DNA of 64,000 bases from the IMG/VR virus record IMGVR_UViG_3300028832_000097, positions 32,001 through 96,000 of that record. The stretch is one strand, 5' to 3'. Positions 19,389-28,911 of this stretch are shown in pieces (positions within the stretch are counted from its first letter, which is position 1; each line of letters opens with the position of its first letter). The stretch is from a virus (lineage: Duplodnaviria > Caudoviricetes). The translations under genes and the position numbers were made by a program. The notes under the pieces were generated by a model. The model worked only from the letters and a program-made list of their open reading frames with translations, had not been told where the DNA came from and did not search any database.

Positions 19389-20393
19389 TTATTCAGAAAA
19401 TTGATTCCAATCATGGTTATATTCGTATTTATTCACAAGCTTATTTGTGAAAGTTTCTGTATATCTTAAAGAAAGATCAGACGGTCTGCGTATCTTACGC
19501 ATGTCGATTTTTGTAGATATTGCATAATCATACTCATCGTCAGTAAATTCTAGTGTTATAGTTTTGTAGTCATCTTCTAAGAATGCATCTTGAAACGACA
19601 GATCATTTGAGTTGCTCCAACCATTTCGATACAACCAGCTGTTTGCGTTCTCAGCAACTTCTTCACCTAACTCTACTAATTCTTCCTTTGTCCAAAATGC
19701 ATAAGGATCTATATCAAATGCACCACCATAATTTGGTAAAGTTTCACAAGTTACTTTAGCAGAAGCTTCGATAAGATCAGAAGGTACATATGCAGTTATT
19801 ATACCAGGCTCATCTACATCAAAATAAGCATCTTGAGAAATTTCTGCAACAATAGGATCAAGTTCAGCAGCTAGCTCTACTATATCCGCATATCCTAATT
19901 CCGCACGTACCTGAACAGCAAGATATCTGCCGTCTGTAGTAGGGCTAACATCTACTGTATAGTAATCCACTACGTCTTCACTAGCGAATCCTTGAGATAT
20001 CATAAAGTTCTTTGTAAGTTTTGTTAATTTATCTACAAGTGTAGAATATTTCATATCAGGCCCTCCCAGTATTGCAGAATTAGCAAGATCTTCAGATGCA
20101 AATGCAGGTTCGTCTTCTAACTCTGCAGTAGATGTAGGCTTACCAGAGCCTATTGGATCATTATCAAATTCATGCTCTTCAATGTCAAGAAGTGTAACAA
20201 TACCATTTGATTTATCGGCAGTGAATTCGGCACCGCAGTTTGTGCATTCTAAATAGTCCCCATACTCAATGTCATTGTAGCTCTTTGCATTAGTATCTGT
20301 ATCATACACCGCTTTTATATGACACTTTGGGCACATGAGCGCGATATCTGCAACATCTGATGACCCATCCGCATACTTAATCTTTTTGATCAT
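19389..20393 (-). CDS. Acidic multi-module protein with N-terminal Zn ribbon
   Basis: CPKC...CTNC; linkers containing IEAS and VTCE; start refined to 20393. Confidence 0.6.
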   Translation of the reverse strand: MIKKIKYADGSSDVADIALMCPKCHIKAVYDTDTNAKSYNDIEYGDYLECTNCGAEFTADKSNGIVTLLDIEEHEFDNDPIGSGKPTSTAELEDEPAFASEDLANSAILGGPDMKYSTLVDKLTKLTKNFMISQGFASEDVVDYYTVDVSPTTDGRYLAVQVRAELGYADIVELAAELDPIVAEISQDAYFDVDEPGIITAYVPSDLIEASAKVTCETLPNYGGAFDIDPYAFWTKEELVELGEEVAENANSWLYRNGWSNSNDLSFQDAFLEDDYKTITLEFTDDEYDYAISTKIDMRKIRRPSDLSLRYTETFTNKLVNKYEYNHDWNQFSE

Positions 20394-20408
20394 GTTGAAT
20401 ACCTTCAA

Positions 20409-20603
20409 TCAATTAGTTTTATCAAACAACCTAGATACAACATCTTCTGCAAGTTTCTTGTTATTGAACCGACGTAGAATACCGTCATATACGTCAGATC
20501 TGCTAAGAAATCCATACTTTGCATCGGATTCATATTCTGCATAAACTTTATCAAAAAGTTCTTGAGAATATGTTAGATCTCTGTGTTTGAAAAATCGTAG
20601 CAT
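20409..20603 (-). CDS. Hypothetical protein
   Basis: Start refined to MLRFFKH; AACCTT motif at 20635-20640. Confidence 0.5.
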   Translation of the reverse strand: MLRFFKHRDLTYSQELFDKVYAEYESDAKYGFLSRSDVYDGILRRFNNKKLAEDVVSRLFDKTN

Positions 20604-20631
20604 AAAGAAATCCTTATAATCTACAGAAATA

Positions 20632-21300
20632 TTAAAGGTTGTTTGGTGTAAAATACTTAGTGATTGAAAGCTGGTCTGCAAACTGTAACATATGCACAAG
20701 CGGATAGTTTTCGTTAGCATACTGCAGTTCATTACATTCGCTATCAACAATCCTCCATGCGCCCATGTGCCATCTAATAGCTAATGCTTCTTCGTCAGAT
20801 AGGTTGAACCATTTACTAGCAAGATACATGGAAGCTGCGCCATGCCCTAATGCAATCATAGGCGATCCTGAATACTTGAACGCTTGAGTCTTGACCCAAT
20901 TACCGGTTGCGTCTTTCACATTTTTGTCATAGGAAGTATAGAACCCAATCTTACACCAATCATGCACCAAGGCTACTAATATAGCACTCGCAAGATCAAC
21001 AGAACTAAAAACAGGTAATTTGCTAAGTGTAATTATGTTATCAACTACTTTCAGAGTATGGTCGCATAACCCGCCTATGTAAGATTCATGATACTGTGTA
21101 CTTGCAGGTGCGGTGTAAAATCCTGAATTATCTAACCATTTGTATAAACTTTCTAAACTGTTATAATTGCGTGTATCTGTATCGTCAGCAGATCCATCAG
21201 GAAACTTCCTAGCTAACACTGCCCATCTCATCAACAGATTGTATTTAGCTTTAGAATCTTCCGAACTATTGATTAACTCCCATAAATGTGAATAAATCAT
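20632..21300 (-). CDS. HD-domain phosphohydrolase
   Basis: APAS..YH...GGL..H, HD.CK, RWHMG and AD motifs. Confidence 0.85.
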   Translation of the reverse strand: MIYSHLWELINSSEDSKAKYNLLMRWAVLARKFPDGSADDTDTRNYNSLESLYKWLDNSGFYTAPASTQYHESYIGGLCDHTLKVVDNIITLSKLPVFSSVDLASAILVALVHDWCKIGFYTSYDKNVKDATGNWVKTQAFKYSGSPMIALGHGAASMYLASKWFNLSDEEALAIRWHMGAWRIVDSECNELQYANENYPLVHMLQFADQLSITKYFTPNNL

Positions 21301-21358
21301 AATTGTGTGTACCTCCCAAGTATTAAGTTACGTACATTAACGATTCTATAACATAGTA

Positions 21359-21387
21359 GCAGGTAGCTACTGTGGGTAACTACCTGC
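21359..21387 (-). terminator. Stem-loop after the holin gene
   Basis: GCAGGTAG/CTACCTGC inverted repeat; weak T tail. Confidence 0.5.
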
Positions 21388-21422
21388 CGAGGTACAATTA
21401 CAGAACTAAAGTATGGCAAGTT

Positions 21423-21686
21423 TTAGTTCGTTTTGAGCTGTTTATACACCTGATTAACACCTGTTGCAGCTAATCCGGAAGCAAGTCCGATTGCAGCAGC
21501 TGTTATGATATCTTGTGCAGGCATATCAGGAATATGAATAAGGAATGCAACAATACCTAAAATTATTCCGGCACCTCCTACAAAAACAGGTATCCATTTA
21601 TTATCAATAGGTGTTCTTTTTACAACTTCGCCTACAAAGTAGCAAAGTATTGTGATTGCAGCTACGTTTGCAATACCAAATGTCAT
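21423..21686 (-). CDS. Holin
   Basis: 87 aa, three hydrophobic segments, NKWIP and GLASGLAATG motifs typical of Firmicute phage holins. Confidence 0.75.
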   Translation of the reverse strand: MTFGIANVAAITILCYFVGEVVKRTPIDNKWIPVFVGGAGIILGIVAFLIHIPDMPAQDIITAAAIGLASGLAATGVNQVYKQLKTN

Positions 21687-21742
21687 AATTACTTACCTCC
21701 TATTATGGATTTATGTAATTAAACAAGGTTGGTGATATGATT

Positions 21743-22048
21743 TCAACTATACTGGTTGTTTTCATCTATCTTCTTCACATTTGCAATATCTAAATATGTA
21801 TCGCCTTTGATTTCAACATAGCCAAGTTTTATCAACTTGCGACAGATAACCTCTGCAAAGCAATCTGCATTTTCTCTAAATGCATCATCAACCACTTCGC
21901 TTGTCACGAATCTTACGAAGCCCCTCAACTCAACAAGTTCAGTAAGCCACTCTGCTAACTGTCTATGTTCTTCCGCACAATCCTCACAACAACCTGCTCT
22001 GTCATTCGCTACTTCTTCACAATGCTTTATTGCTTCATCAAGTGTCAT
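21743..22048 (-). CDS. Hypothetical protein (CAEEHRQLAEWL family)
   Basis: MTLDEAIKHCEEVA...CAEEHRQLAEWL. Confidence 0.65.
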   Translation of the reverse strand: MTLDEAIKHCEEVANDRAGCCEDCAEEHRQLAEWLTELVELRGFVRFVTSEVVDDAFRENADCFAEVICRKLIKLGYVEIKGDTYLDIANVKKIDENNQYS

Positions 22049-22329
22049 TCTTCTTTACCTCTCATATCTGTAATACTGATTACTATGTTATTTCCATTGT
22101 ATTCATCAGTCGTACATATAGTTGCTTTGTCGTTCATATCAAATTCCAATAACATAGAAATTAAATCTTTAATCTTAATACGGCACTCAAACTTACCATG
22201 TTCGGGTTCTTCAAGAGCATTGATTGCAAGGGCAATAGCCGTGTGTTCTTCCTCGCAACTTTCGTTTGTATGGGTTATGAGATAATGCTCTATCTGCTCT
22301 AACACTCTAATTGCCGTTTTATTCTTCAT
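22045..22329 (-). CDS. Hypothetical protein
   Basis: Overlapping start/stop with neighbours. Confidence 0.6.
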   Translation of the reverse strand: MKNKTAIRVLEQIEHYLITHTNESCEEEHTAIALAINALEEPEHGKFECRIKIKDLISMLLEFDMNDKATICTTDEYNGNNIVISITDMRGKEE

Positions 22330-22502
22330 TCTTCCTCACTCCTTTCTTTCATAATCCAACCGATGCTAATACTCCACTTTGCAAAATTGATAAACAAATA
22401 GGTTTCACCAAATCCATGTGATATGCAACTTCCGAAACTCCATGCACCTTCAAATTGTCTATCAATTTTAATACCAAAGCCATAGTTTGATTTTTCGTTC
22501 AT
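22326..22502 (-). CDS. Small hypothetical protein (58 aa)
   Basis: Manual translation MNEKSNYGFGIKID...; GGAGG RBS. Confidence 0.55.
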   Translation of the reverse strand: MNEKSNYGFGIKIDRQFEGAWSFGSCISHGFGETYLFINFAKWSISIGWIMKERSEEE

Positions 22503-22505
22503 TCT

Positions 22506-22676
22506 TCATCCTCCTAATGGCTCTATGTCCCAATCACACGGCGCTTTGTCCAATAAAGCACATTCCACATAGTGATAATCGTCGTCACGAGGTCTACCAA
22601 ACACACATCTTCTACATTGTGTTTTCTCGCAGTAGTTCTTAATTGATTCTAATGCTTTAATCGGTGGTCTGCTCAT
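22506..22676 (-). CDS. Small Cys-rich protein
   Basis: C..C..CxxC...C..PC.W; start refined. Confidence 0.55.
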   Translation of the reverse strand: MSRPPIKALESIKNYCEKTQCRRCVFGRPRDDDYHYVECALLDKAPCDWDIEPLGG

Positions 22677-22815
22677 TCTTCTTCTCTCCTTTCTCATTTT
22701 TAACTGGAGCATACTCATAACAAACTGTATGATTAGCCGTACTAATTCCTACATCGCTATGCTCGCAAGTGAACATATACCTACAAGTATCACAAAGTGA
22801 TTTATTATCATTCAT
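22657..22815 (-). CDS. Small Cys-rich protein
   Basis: MNDNKSLCDTC...C...C; start refined. Confidence 0.5.
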   Translation of the reverse strand: MNDNKSLCDTCRYMFTCEHSDVGISTANHTVCYEYAPVKNEKGEKKNEQTTD

Positions 22816-23096
22816 TCTTCCCCTCCGAACAGTTCCAAAATCTTCGCAAAGGCTCTCTTCATTATGCACTCTCTCGTAAATGCACTCTCTCCATCTGCCT
22901 CTGCTATCTCTGCCTTGTAATCGGCTATAATGGTGCAAATATCGTCATAATGAGTAAGCCACTCTGCTAACTGTTTATTCTCCGCTGCACACTCGTTGTA
23001 ATAGTCGGCATTAACCTGCAACGTCTCGTCGTCAGCGGTTTCTCTTAAAGCAGCTGCCCTAACTGTAAAATTGTTTATTGCGTTCTTAATTGTCAC
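22812..23096 (-). CDS. Hypothetical protein (paralog of 21743-22048)
   Basis: ECAAENKQLAEWL. Confidence 0.6.
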   Translation of the reverse strand: MTIKNAINNFTVRAAALRETADDETLQVNADYYNECAAENKQLAEWLTHYDDICTIIADYKAEIAEADGESAFTRECIMKRAFAKILELFGGEE

Positions 23097-23523
23097 TCCG
23101 GTCTCCTTTCCTCATATCTGCACCACACCAAAAACAAAATGGATGTATATCTGAACTATGTCCACCGCATTGATTACACTTGTATGTTCCATATGGATTG
23201 CCAAATTCTGTGTGTTTGGCGTCAAATATCCACTTCCCTGCTGGTATTTCTTTTTTACCTCGCTTGTAGCCTTGCAAATAACCTTTTGCATACATTTCAT
23301 ATGCTTCATCATTAGCTTCTGAATCATCGGCTGCCAATGTAGTAACGAGCGGTTCCTCAATGGCCTTTTCAAGTGCATATATTATCTCGTTAGCATAATA
23401 CATAACGACTCCGCTATCTGCTTTCTGATAACTTTCTGCGTCTGTAATACTTTCAAATACCTGCTTGCAATCGTCATATGCGTTTTGCAGATTAAAATTA
23501 TCATTTCCATAGTATTTATTCAT
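23086..23523 (-). CDS. Hypothetical protein with Zn ribbon
   Basis: GKW...CNQCG...FCFWCGADM. Confidence 0.65.
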   Translation of the reverse strand: MNKYYGNDNFNLQNAYDDCKQVFESITDAESYQKADSGVVMYYANEIIYALEKAIEEPLVTTLAADDSEANDEAYEMYAKGYLQGYKRGKKEIPAGKWIFDAKHTEFGNPYGTYKCNQCGGHSSDIHPFCFWCGADMRKGDRSDN

Positions 23524-23538
23524 TTTCTCACCATTCCC

Positions 23539-23760
23539 TCATATCTGCTCCACAGCAAGCACAGAATTTAGTCCAATTCCCTTTTTTAGAGGTTCAGATA
23601 TATCAGCATTCTTAAACCACATAGATGATATAATTACTGCTCGTTTCATAGCATCATTCCAACCTGCTTTATAAGAAACACACTCTTTAGATGCAGTTTC
23701 TATATCAAAAGTTTCTTCTTCGAGCATATCAATTAAAATGTCTATACTGATATTATTCAT
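23539..23760 (-). CDS. Hypothetical protein
   Basis: YKAGWNDA motif; operonic spacing. Confidence 0.55.
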   Translation of the reverse strand: MNNISIDILIDMLEEETFDIETASKECVSYKAGWNDAMKRAVIISSMWFKNADISEPLKKGIGLNSVLAVEQI

Positions 23761-24230
23761 TCTATATTTATCTCCTTGTCACCTAATTTGATTTTTCTTA
23801 AAATACTTTGTATAAATTCTACAGTGTCTATATCCATTTGCAATTCATAAGATTGCCAGCGACCATACTTGGCACTGAATTTAACAAACTCATTAGGAAA
23901 TTCTGTTGTAGCCCAAATATCTTCGTCATACGGCTCAAAATAAGCATACGTTCCAGTACAAGAACAATTAGCTTTATTGAAAAATAATCCGAATTTTTGT
24001 CTGTATCTTTCATATCCGTAAGAAACAAATGAATCTGTTTCAGATAACAACTTCCAAGGCAATTTTACTTCGGCATTATTCATTCTCACGCCACAAGACG
24101 GGCAAAAATGATATACAGATCTCCAAGTATCTAAATCATTTTGACCAATGAATTCATCCTTACAATTTGAACACGATATTGTAATTTCTGATGATCCTAC
24201 TAGTTGCGTTGCAATCCAATATCCGTTCAT
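23757..24230 (-). CDS. Hypothetical protein with Zn ribbon
   Basis: CSNC...FCPSCGVRM. Confidence 0.6.
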   Translation of the reverse strand: MNGYWIATQLVGSSEITISCSNCKDEFIGQNDLDTWRSVYHFCPSCGVRMNNAEVKLPWKLLSETDSFVSYGYERYRQKFGLFFNKANCSCTGTYAYFEPYDEDIWATTEFPNEFVKFSAKYGRWQSYELQMDIDTVEFIQSILRKIKLGDKEINIE

Positions 24231-24234
24231 TGTG

Positions 24235-24453
24235 TTAAATGCCCCTATCGGTATGACTTAAACTATGTGCCCAATAGCTATGACTATTCTCTGTATTTAT
24301 TGCCCCCATCTGGGCTTCTTTATGAAGCATCCAAATAGCTCCTATTAAACATATGCAAAAATATACTGCAAGTATTATAGAGCTAACCATAAGTATGACG
24401 AACAAGAGGTGAGATAAATCTGATAATATTCCATTTATGGATAAATCAACCAT
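24235..24453 (-). CDS. Small membrane protein
   Basis: Long hydrophobic stretch. Confidence 0.5.
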   Translation of the reverse strand: MVDLSINGILSDLSHLLFVILMVSSIILAVYFCICLIGAIWMLHKEAQMGAINTENSHSYWAHSLSHTDRGI

Positions 24454-24679
24454 TGTAATTCTCCTTCATAGACATAAGATGCTTTCTCTCATCTGCTCTT
24501 CCCCTTTCATATGCTTGATTAAGTGCATAGCTCTGTTGTACTGCAGTAATCCAAGCATTTGCGACATCTACTCCATAAGAAGAAAGATTCTTGGCATATA
24601 CTAATGCTGTACACAACTCCATATCCGATAACTTAGATAATTCGTCAATCAGCATTTCTCGATCAGGTGAATTTTTCAT
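24446..24679 (-). CDS. Hypothetical protein
   Basis: Start refined to MKNSP (GAGGAG RBS); ATCGTTA motif at 24730. Confidence 0.55.
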   Translation of the reverse strand: MKNSPDREMLIDELSKLSDMELCTALVYAKNLSSYGVDVANAWITAVQQSYALNQAYERGRADERKHLMSMKENYNG

Positions 24680-24741
24680 ATTTTCTCTCCTCAAGTAACT
24701 CAACACGATTTAGTAGTTACAATAACCATAACGATTCTTAC

Positions 24742-24773
24742 AAAAAAAAACATAGACCACTAGGCCTATGTTG
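24742..24773 (-). terminator. Rho-independent terminator
   Basis: AACATAGGCC/GGTCTATGTT stem plus T run. Confidence 0.75.
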
Positions 24774-24798
24774 TAGATAAATATAAAAAATCAAACGC

Positions 24799-25302
24799 TC
24801 AAGTTTCAGTGCGCAACCTATCAATTGTATCTACAAGTTCTACTAAATCACCTTCATAATCTAGCAGATTTTTGCGATTATTAGGTACTGTAGGTATTTC
24901 CACATAAGGTATGTCCCACTTGTTGAGTTTTTGGATGTTAAGTGATTTCTTTCCGGATTGGCTTAACTTGTCAATATCTCTGATATCAAGTATGAATGCT
25001 CTTTTATGGGAAATGTATAGTATGATTATTAGTCCCCATACATTTTGTATCTTAGATTTCTTAAGGAGGTTTTCATACTGATAGTCAGATATCAGGCTGA
25101 AATCAAATCTATCTTCATAAGTTGATTTGCTTTCAATATAATATAAATTAGGAGTATGGAAGCACATGAAATCACATATATTCTTGCTACCATATAAACC
25201 GTTCATCTGATCAGGGATTCTATCAATAGAATAGCCCAACTCTGGATGGTCGAGCCACTCTTTAATTTTTTCTTCTGCTTTCTTATGAACGTCGTTACTC
25301 AT
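24799..25302 (-). CDS. recU: RecU-like Holliday junction resolvase
   Basis: CDF...YYIESKST PD-(D/E)xK motif followed by F...I..YQ..L pattern. Confidence 0.75.
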   Translation of the reverse strand: MSNDVHKKAEEKIKEWLDHPELGYSIDRIPDQMNGLYGSKNICDFMCFHTPNLYYIESKSTYEDRFDFSLISDYQYENLLKKSKIQNVWGLIIILYISHKRAFILDIRDIDKLSQSGKKSLNIQKLNKWDIPYVEIPTVPNNRKNLLDYEGDLVELVDTIDRLRTET

Positions 25303-25885
25303 TATCTACTTCATTGTCTGGAAAATATGAAGGTCCATACTGCTCCACAAGCTTATTCAATTTACCTTCTACAGCTCTTTCAGCGTGTTCGTAAGATTTA
25401 AAAGACCTTTTATTTACTATCAATTCGCAAAAAGTAGTATTCCAGTAATCAGGCAAATCCGGATATTCAGAATTTATGTGCTGCAAACTATTCTGTTCAT
25501 GTTTTGCATACCTACGCTTGCTACTATCAGTAGCTTCGTGCATAGATAATCTAAAGTCTATAAGTATCTTTCCATCAAGTTCTCCATAACCGTTCTTAAC
25601 CCCAATATAAAAATAAGTAGATTGAGGTGTGATATTATCTAACGGAGATATAGTTCCTTTTTGCTCGAGGAGTAGCACCAATGACGGATTATTTATTATT
25701 TGCTTACGCACAAAATAGATAAAGTTATTCCAATCGGCAAGTACTTGCGTATCATCTAATATGCCCTCACCAATCATTTGAGCAGACTGTACATAATTAG
25801 TAACATCAACAGATAACTCTATGTATATTGTATCTAGAGTTCGTATATCGGATATAAAGTTTGGAAGTACTGTGTAATGTTTCAT
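25295..25885 (-). CDS. Hypothetical protein with class B-like leader
   Basis: MKHYTVLP...YVQSA. Confidence 0.65.
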   Translation of the reverse strand: MKHYTVLPNFISDIRTLDTIYIELSVDVTNYVQSAQMIGEGILDDTQVLADWNNFIYFVRKQIINNPSLVLLLEQKGTISPLDNITPQSTYFYIGVKNGYGELDGKILIDFRLSMHEATDSSKRRYAKHEQNSLQHINSEYPDLPDYWNTTFCELIVNKRSFKSYEHAERAVEGKLNKLVEQYGPSYFPDNEVDNE

Positions 25886-25891
25886 AGTTTG

Positions 25892-26236
25892 TTACTGGTC
25901 TACTAAATAAGCGCCATTTGAATTGTATCGTTTGTCCTTTGCCATAGCATACATCTTAGCTTTTGCTTCTTGCTTAGATTGTGCATATACACATAACGAT
26001 AATTTATGTTCATTGGGTAGTATGAATTCGTATTTATTGACCTCAGGTTCTACATGTGCCTCCTTCACAGAAGGATTTTGTATTTCTACCCATGACTTTG
26101 CGTCCTCGAGATCAATAAATGTTTCTACTACATTATCAAACTCATCTCGAACAATGTATTGATTTCCATCCTTCTCAATGCTGTCATAGGTGTATGAAGC
26201 GCTTATGTACTTTGGAGTTACTCTAAATGATTTCAT
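25892..26236 (-). CDS. Hypothetical protein with class B leader
   Basis: MKSFRVTPKYISAS. Confidence 0.7.
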   Translation of the reverse strand: MKSFRVTPKYISASYTYDSIEKDGNQYIVRDEFDNVVETFIDLEDAKSWVEIQNPSVKEAHVEPEVNKYEFILPNEHKLSLCVYAQSKQEAKAKMYAMAKDKRYNSNGAYLVDQ

Positions 26237-26242
26237 GACGTG

Positions 26243-26575
26243 TTACCACCGTGGATAATTTTCCTTGAAATCCTCAAACGTATACACCTTAGGTAAGTAA
26301 TTATCGTATCCAGGAGCTACAGGTGCAATTGTCTCATCATCGAACTTAACTAAATACATGTAGTCTTCACTAGAATAATTATCACGAGGAATCAATGCGC
26401 AGATTATTGTACTATTAGGGAAATGACGATAGATCCTATCTTCAAAATAATCGGACTCATAATCGTCTCCGCCGTAATCATTATAGAACTTATCTAAATC
26501 CATACATGTAAAGTATTTGTTCCACCAACCGCGTCTAGATGTTGCAAGTATAGGTGTTTTTCTAAATTGCCTCAT
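26243..26575 (-). CDS. Hypothetical protein with class B-like leader
   Basis: MRQFRKTPILAT. Confidence 0.65.
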   Translation of the reverse strand: MRQFRKTPILATSRRGWWNKYFTCMDLDKFYNDYGGDDYESDYFEDRIYRHFPNSTIICALIPRDNYSSEDYMYLVKFDDETIAPVAPGYDNYLPKVYTFEDFKENYPRW

Positions 26576-27075
26576 AGTACAATCTCCCCGGTTTCTACAT
26601 TCTTTATTTCAAAATCTTGGTCAGTGAATTCGTATAATCCGCATTCATGGCATCTCTGAACTTCAAGATCTAGCCTATCAACGCACTCCTGCAATGTGCC
26701 ATATTCGTTACCATACTCACCATATCCTTGTCCGGATATAGGAAGTCCTGTAGCTTTATCAATGACAACAAATACGCGTTGATAAGCTTCAGGAGTTACG
26801 CCACATTCAACACACTCAGATTCACTGCCCCAAATATCTTCTTCTTTTTGAATCCATTCAGGATAGATATCATACTGTTTAAGTTCTTTAGAAGTAAGAA
26901 ATCTATCTAAGTATATAGCAGTAAACCAATGAGGTAGATCCTCCGACTTTAGAAGTGTTACATCTTTAGGAAGTGTTCCAGGGCCTGTGCCGTGTTTTGT
27001 TAAGTAACGATAACCTTCGCCAGGATACTCTCTAGAAGCTTTTACATACTTAGGAGATACTGTAAATTTACGCAT
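26572..27075 (-). CDS. DarA C-terminal-like domain protein with class B leader
   Basis: YRY..H..GPGTLPK...YLDRFLT.KE..QYDI.P recalls the Defence-against-restriction A C-terminal domain; MRKFTVSPKYVKAS. Confidence 0.5.
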   Translation of the reverse strand: MRKFTVSPKYVKASREYPGEGYRYLTKHGTGPGTLPKDVTLLKSEDLPHWFTAIYLDRFLTSKELKQYDIYPEWIQKEEDIWGSESECVECGVTPEAYQRVFVVIDKATGLPISGQGYGEYGNEYGTLQECVDRLDLEVQRCHECGLYEFTDQDFEIKNVETGEIVL

Positions 27076-27084
27076 TATGTAACC

Positions 27085-27444
27085 TCACACCTCTTGAATA
27101 TCTTCAATGTTTTTTATTACCCACTTTAACGATTGATCAGTATCTTTTCCGCATAAGGGACAAATACCTGTTAAAGACTCAACAGGTTGATCTGATAGTA
27201 TTACTGCGGAAATAAATATCCCGTGACAGCTTTCGCATTCTGCGATGTAATGGTTTTCGATGTTGTTATCAATTTCAATTGAGGGATCATCCTCTTCAAC
27301 ATCCATCTCCTCCTCTTCAACTTCAGCAGTTTCTTCCTCAGAACCAAGTTCGTCATCATCGAATGCTTCGTCATCAAACATCGGTCTACCGTCAAACCCT
27401 TCATCAGCTGCGAATATAGCTCTATGATGTCTAGAAAGTTTCAT
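27085..27444 (-). CDS. Acidic Zn-ribbon protein with basic leader
   Basis: MKLSRHHRAIFAA, E/D-rich stretch, CESC...CPLC. Confidence 0.65.
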   Translation of the reverse strand: MKLSRHHRAIFAADEGFDGRPMFDDEAFDDDELGSEEETAEVEEEEMDVEEDDPSIEIDNNIENHYIAECESCHGIFISAVILSDQPVESLTGICPLCGKDTDQSLKWVIKNIEDIQEV

Positions 27445-27461
27445 ATAATCATCGCCTCCAA

Positions 27462-27680
27462 TTATTTCTTGAGCTCAAGCAGCACAACGCTCATATTTGC
27501 AATCGCACCCTGTACTGCCTGCTTTTCTTCAGGTGTTTTACAGCTTGACATTATAGTCCCGAGCTGATCAATAGCAGATTTAACAACCTTCTGAGATTGC
27601 TCAGAAGCTGTAATAACATCCGGCTGCCTAACTAATTTCTTGCCTGCAGTTACTTTACGTTTTGTTCTATTTATCTGCAT
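27462..27680 (-). CDS. Small protein with basic leader
   Basis: KRKVTAG...VITAS. Confidence 0.6.
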   Translation of the reverse strand: MQINRTKRKVTAGKKLVRQPDVITASEQSQKVVKSAIDQLGTIMSSCKTPEEKQAVQGAIANMSVVLLELKK

Positions 27681-27701
27681 TGTAATATGACCTCCTACAA
27701 T

Positions 27702-28037
27702 CTATTGATTATCTTTAATTACTATATGCCACAACCCATCTACCATAGGACTATATCCTACTGCAAGTTCAATGCCATCAGGAGTATGTAGTATCCAGAT
27801 AGGAAACACCCTACCATGACGTTGAGATATATCATAGACAGCATTAGTAGCTTTAGCAACAGAGGATACAAACTGCTGTGTATCTTCGTCAGTTGCGTCA
27901 TCTGGGATCAAAAAATCAAACCATGTTTCGTCTTCGCCGTAATCTACTAATTCATAATCAGTAGTATCCAACATACCAAAAATTTGATCTTGAATTTTTT
28001 CAAGGCCTGAAACAGACGATTTAATGTATCTCTTCAT
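27702..28037 (-). CDS. Hypothetical protein with class A leader
   Basis: MKRYIKSS. Confidence 0.7.
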   Translation of the reverse strand: MKRYIKSSVSGLEKIQDQIFGMLDTTDYELVDYGEDETWFDFLIPDDATDEDTQQFVSSVAKATNAVYDISQRHGRVFPIWILHTPDGIELAVGYSPMVDGLWHIVIKDNQ

Positions 28038-28060
28038 GTTGTCTCCGTACCGCTAGAATC

Positions 28061-28558
28061 TTACCAAATATCAAGTTCACCAAGAGCTGCTTCTATGATA
28101 TAATCAGTATCTTTATCAATATCTTTAATAAGATCGGACTTAGGTATCTGAAATTCGTGAATAGTTCCTTTACTACTATAAACGATCAAATAAATATTGT
28201 CGATGCTTTCATGGTAAGTAGAGGTAGCATCATAACTCTCTAATGCCGCGTCTACCTCTTCCATAAGATCTTCATAATAATTTAAAGTGTCAGCTTCATC
28301 AGATTCTCCTGTTATGATATCTAGCGAAGGACTAATACTAACTGTGTTAGTTGCAGAAAAGATGTCAGCTGAAAATTCGTCAGTTAATAGTTCATACAAC
28401 CTGTCATCGTCGCAGATAACTTCTAAAAGTTCGTCAGCATCTACGTCTAGAAGGTCATTCACACCGAATGCATCACGAAGTTTATCACCATAGACCGGCT
28501 GATTCTCATCTATCCAATCAATGATTTCTGAAATATCAACTGAATGCTTGTTGCTCAT
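28061..28558 (-). CDS. Acidic protein, paralog of 28912-29550
   Basis: Shared EFxxPxSDL...D.DY C-terminal module and IxxWI module. Confidence 0.6.
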   Translation of the reverse strand: MSNKHSVDISEIIDWIDENQPVYGDKLRDAFGVNDLLDVDADELLEVICDDDRLYELLTDEFSADIFSATNTVSISPSLDIITGESDEADTLNYYEDLMEEVDAALESYDATSTYHESIDNIYLIVYSSKGTIHEFQIPKSDLIKDIDKDTDYIIEAALGELDIW

Positions 28559-28779
28559 TCCTCGCCTCCGATAATGTCCGCAATCTGTGCAATTATATCT
28601 GTTAACTGTGCATGTAGCTCATTTGCTACTTCAATACCAGAACTACGTGAAGGTCCGCCGTCTCGGTCAAGCTTCTCTAATCCACTTACTGCGTAGTCAA
28701 AATCATCTTCAATCACGTCAATCATATCTTTGAGACGTGTGTCTTCAGATGCTTCAGCACTCATAATTACTCGTTTCAT
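28555..28779 (-). CDS. Small acidic protein with class A-like leader
   Basis: MKRVIMSA; AACCTT motif at 28821-28826. Confidence 0.65.
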   Translation of the reverse strand: MKRVIMSAEASEDTRLKDMIDVIEDDFDYAVSGLEKLDRDGGPSRSSGIEVANELHAQLTDIIAQIADIIGGEE

Positions 28780-28911
28780 ATTGACACCTCATAATTAACA
28801 GTATTTGTATATTAGTATTTAAGGTTCAATCACAACAATAGCCGAAGTGTGCCTACTCCGACTACTATTGTGTACGCAATATGTATCACCATGACAAATG
28901 GAGATCAAATA

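Noticed and set aside
28831-28910. tRNA or other structured RNA gene in this intergenic stretch (also 34150-34350)
   Set aside because: Only simple hairpins; no cloverleaf or T-loop consensus recognised.
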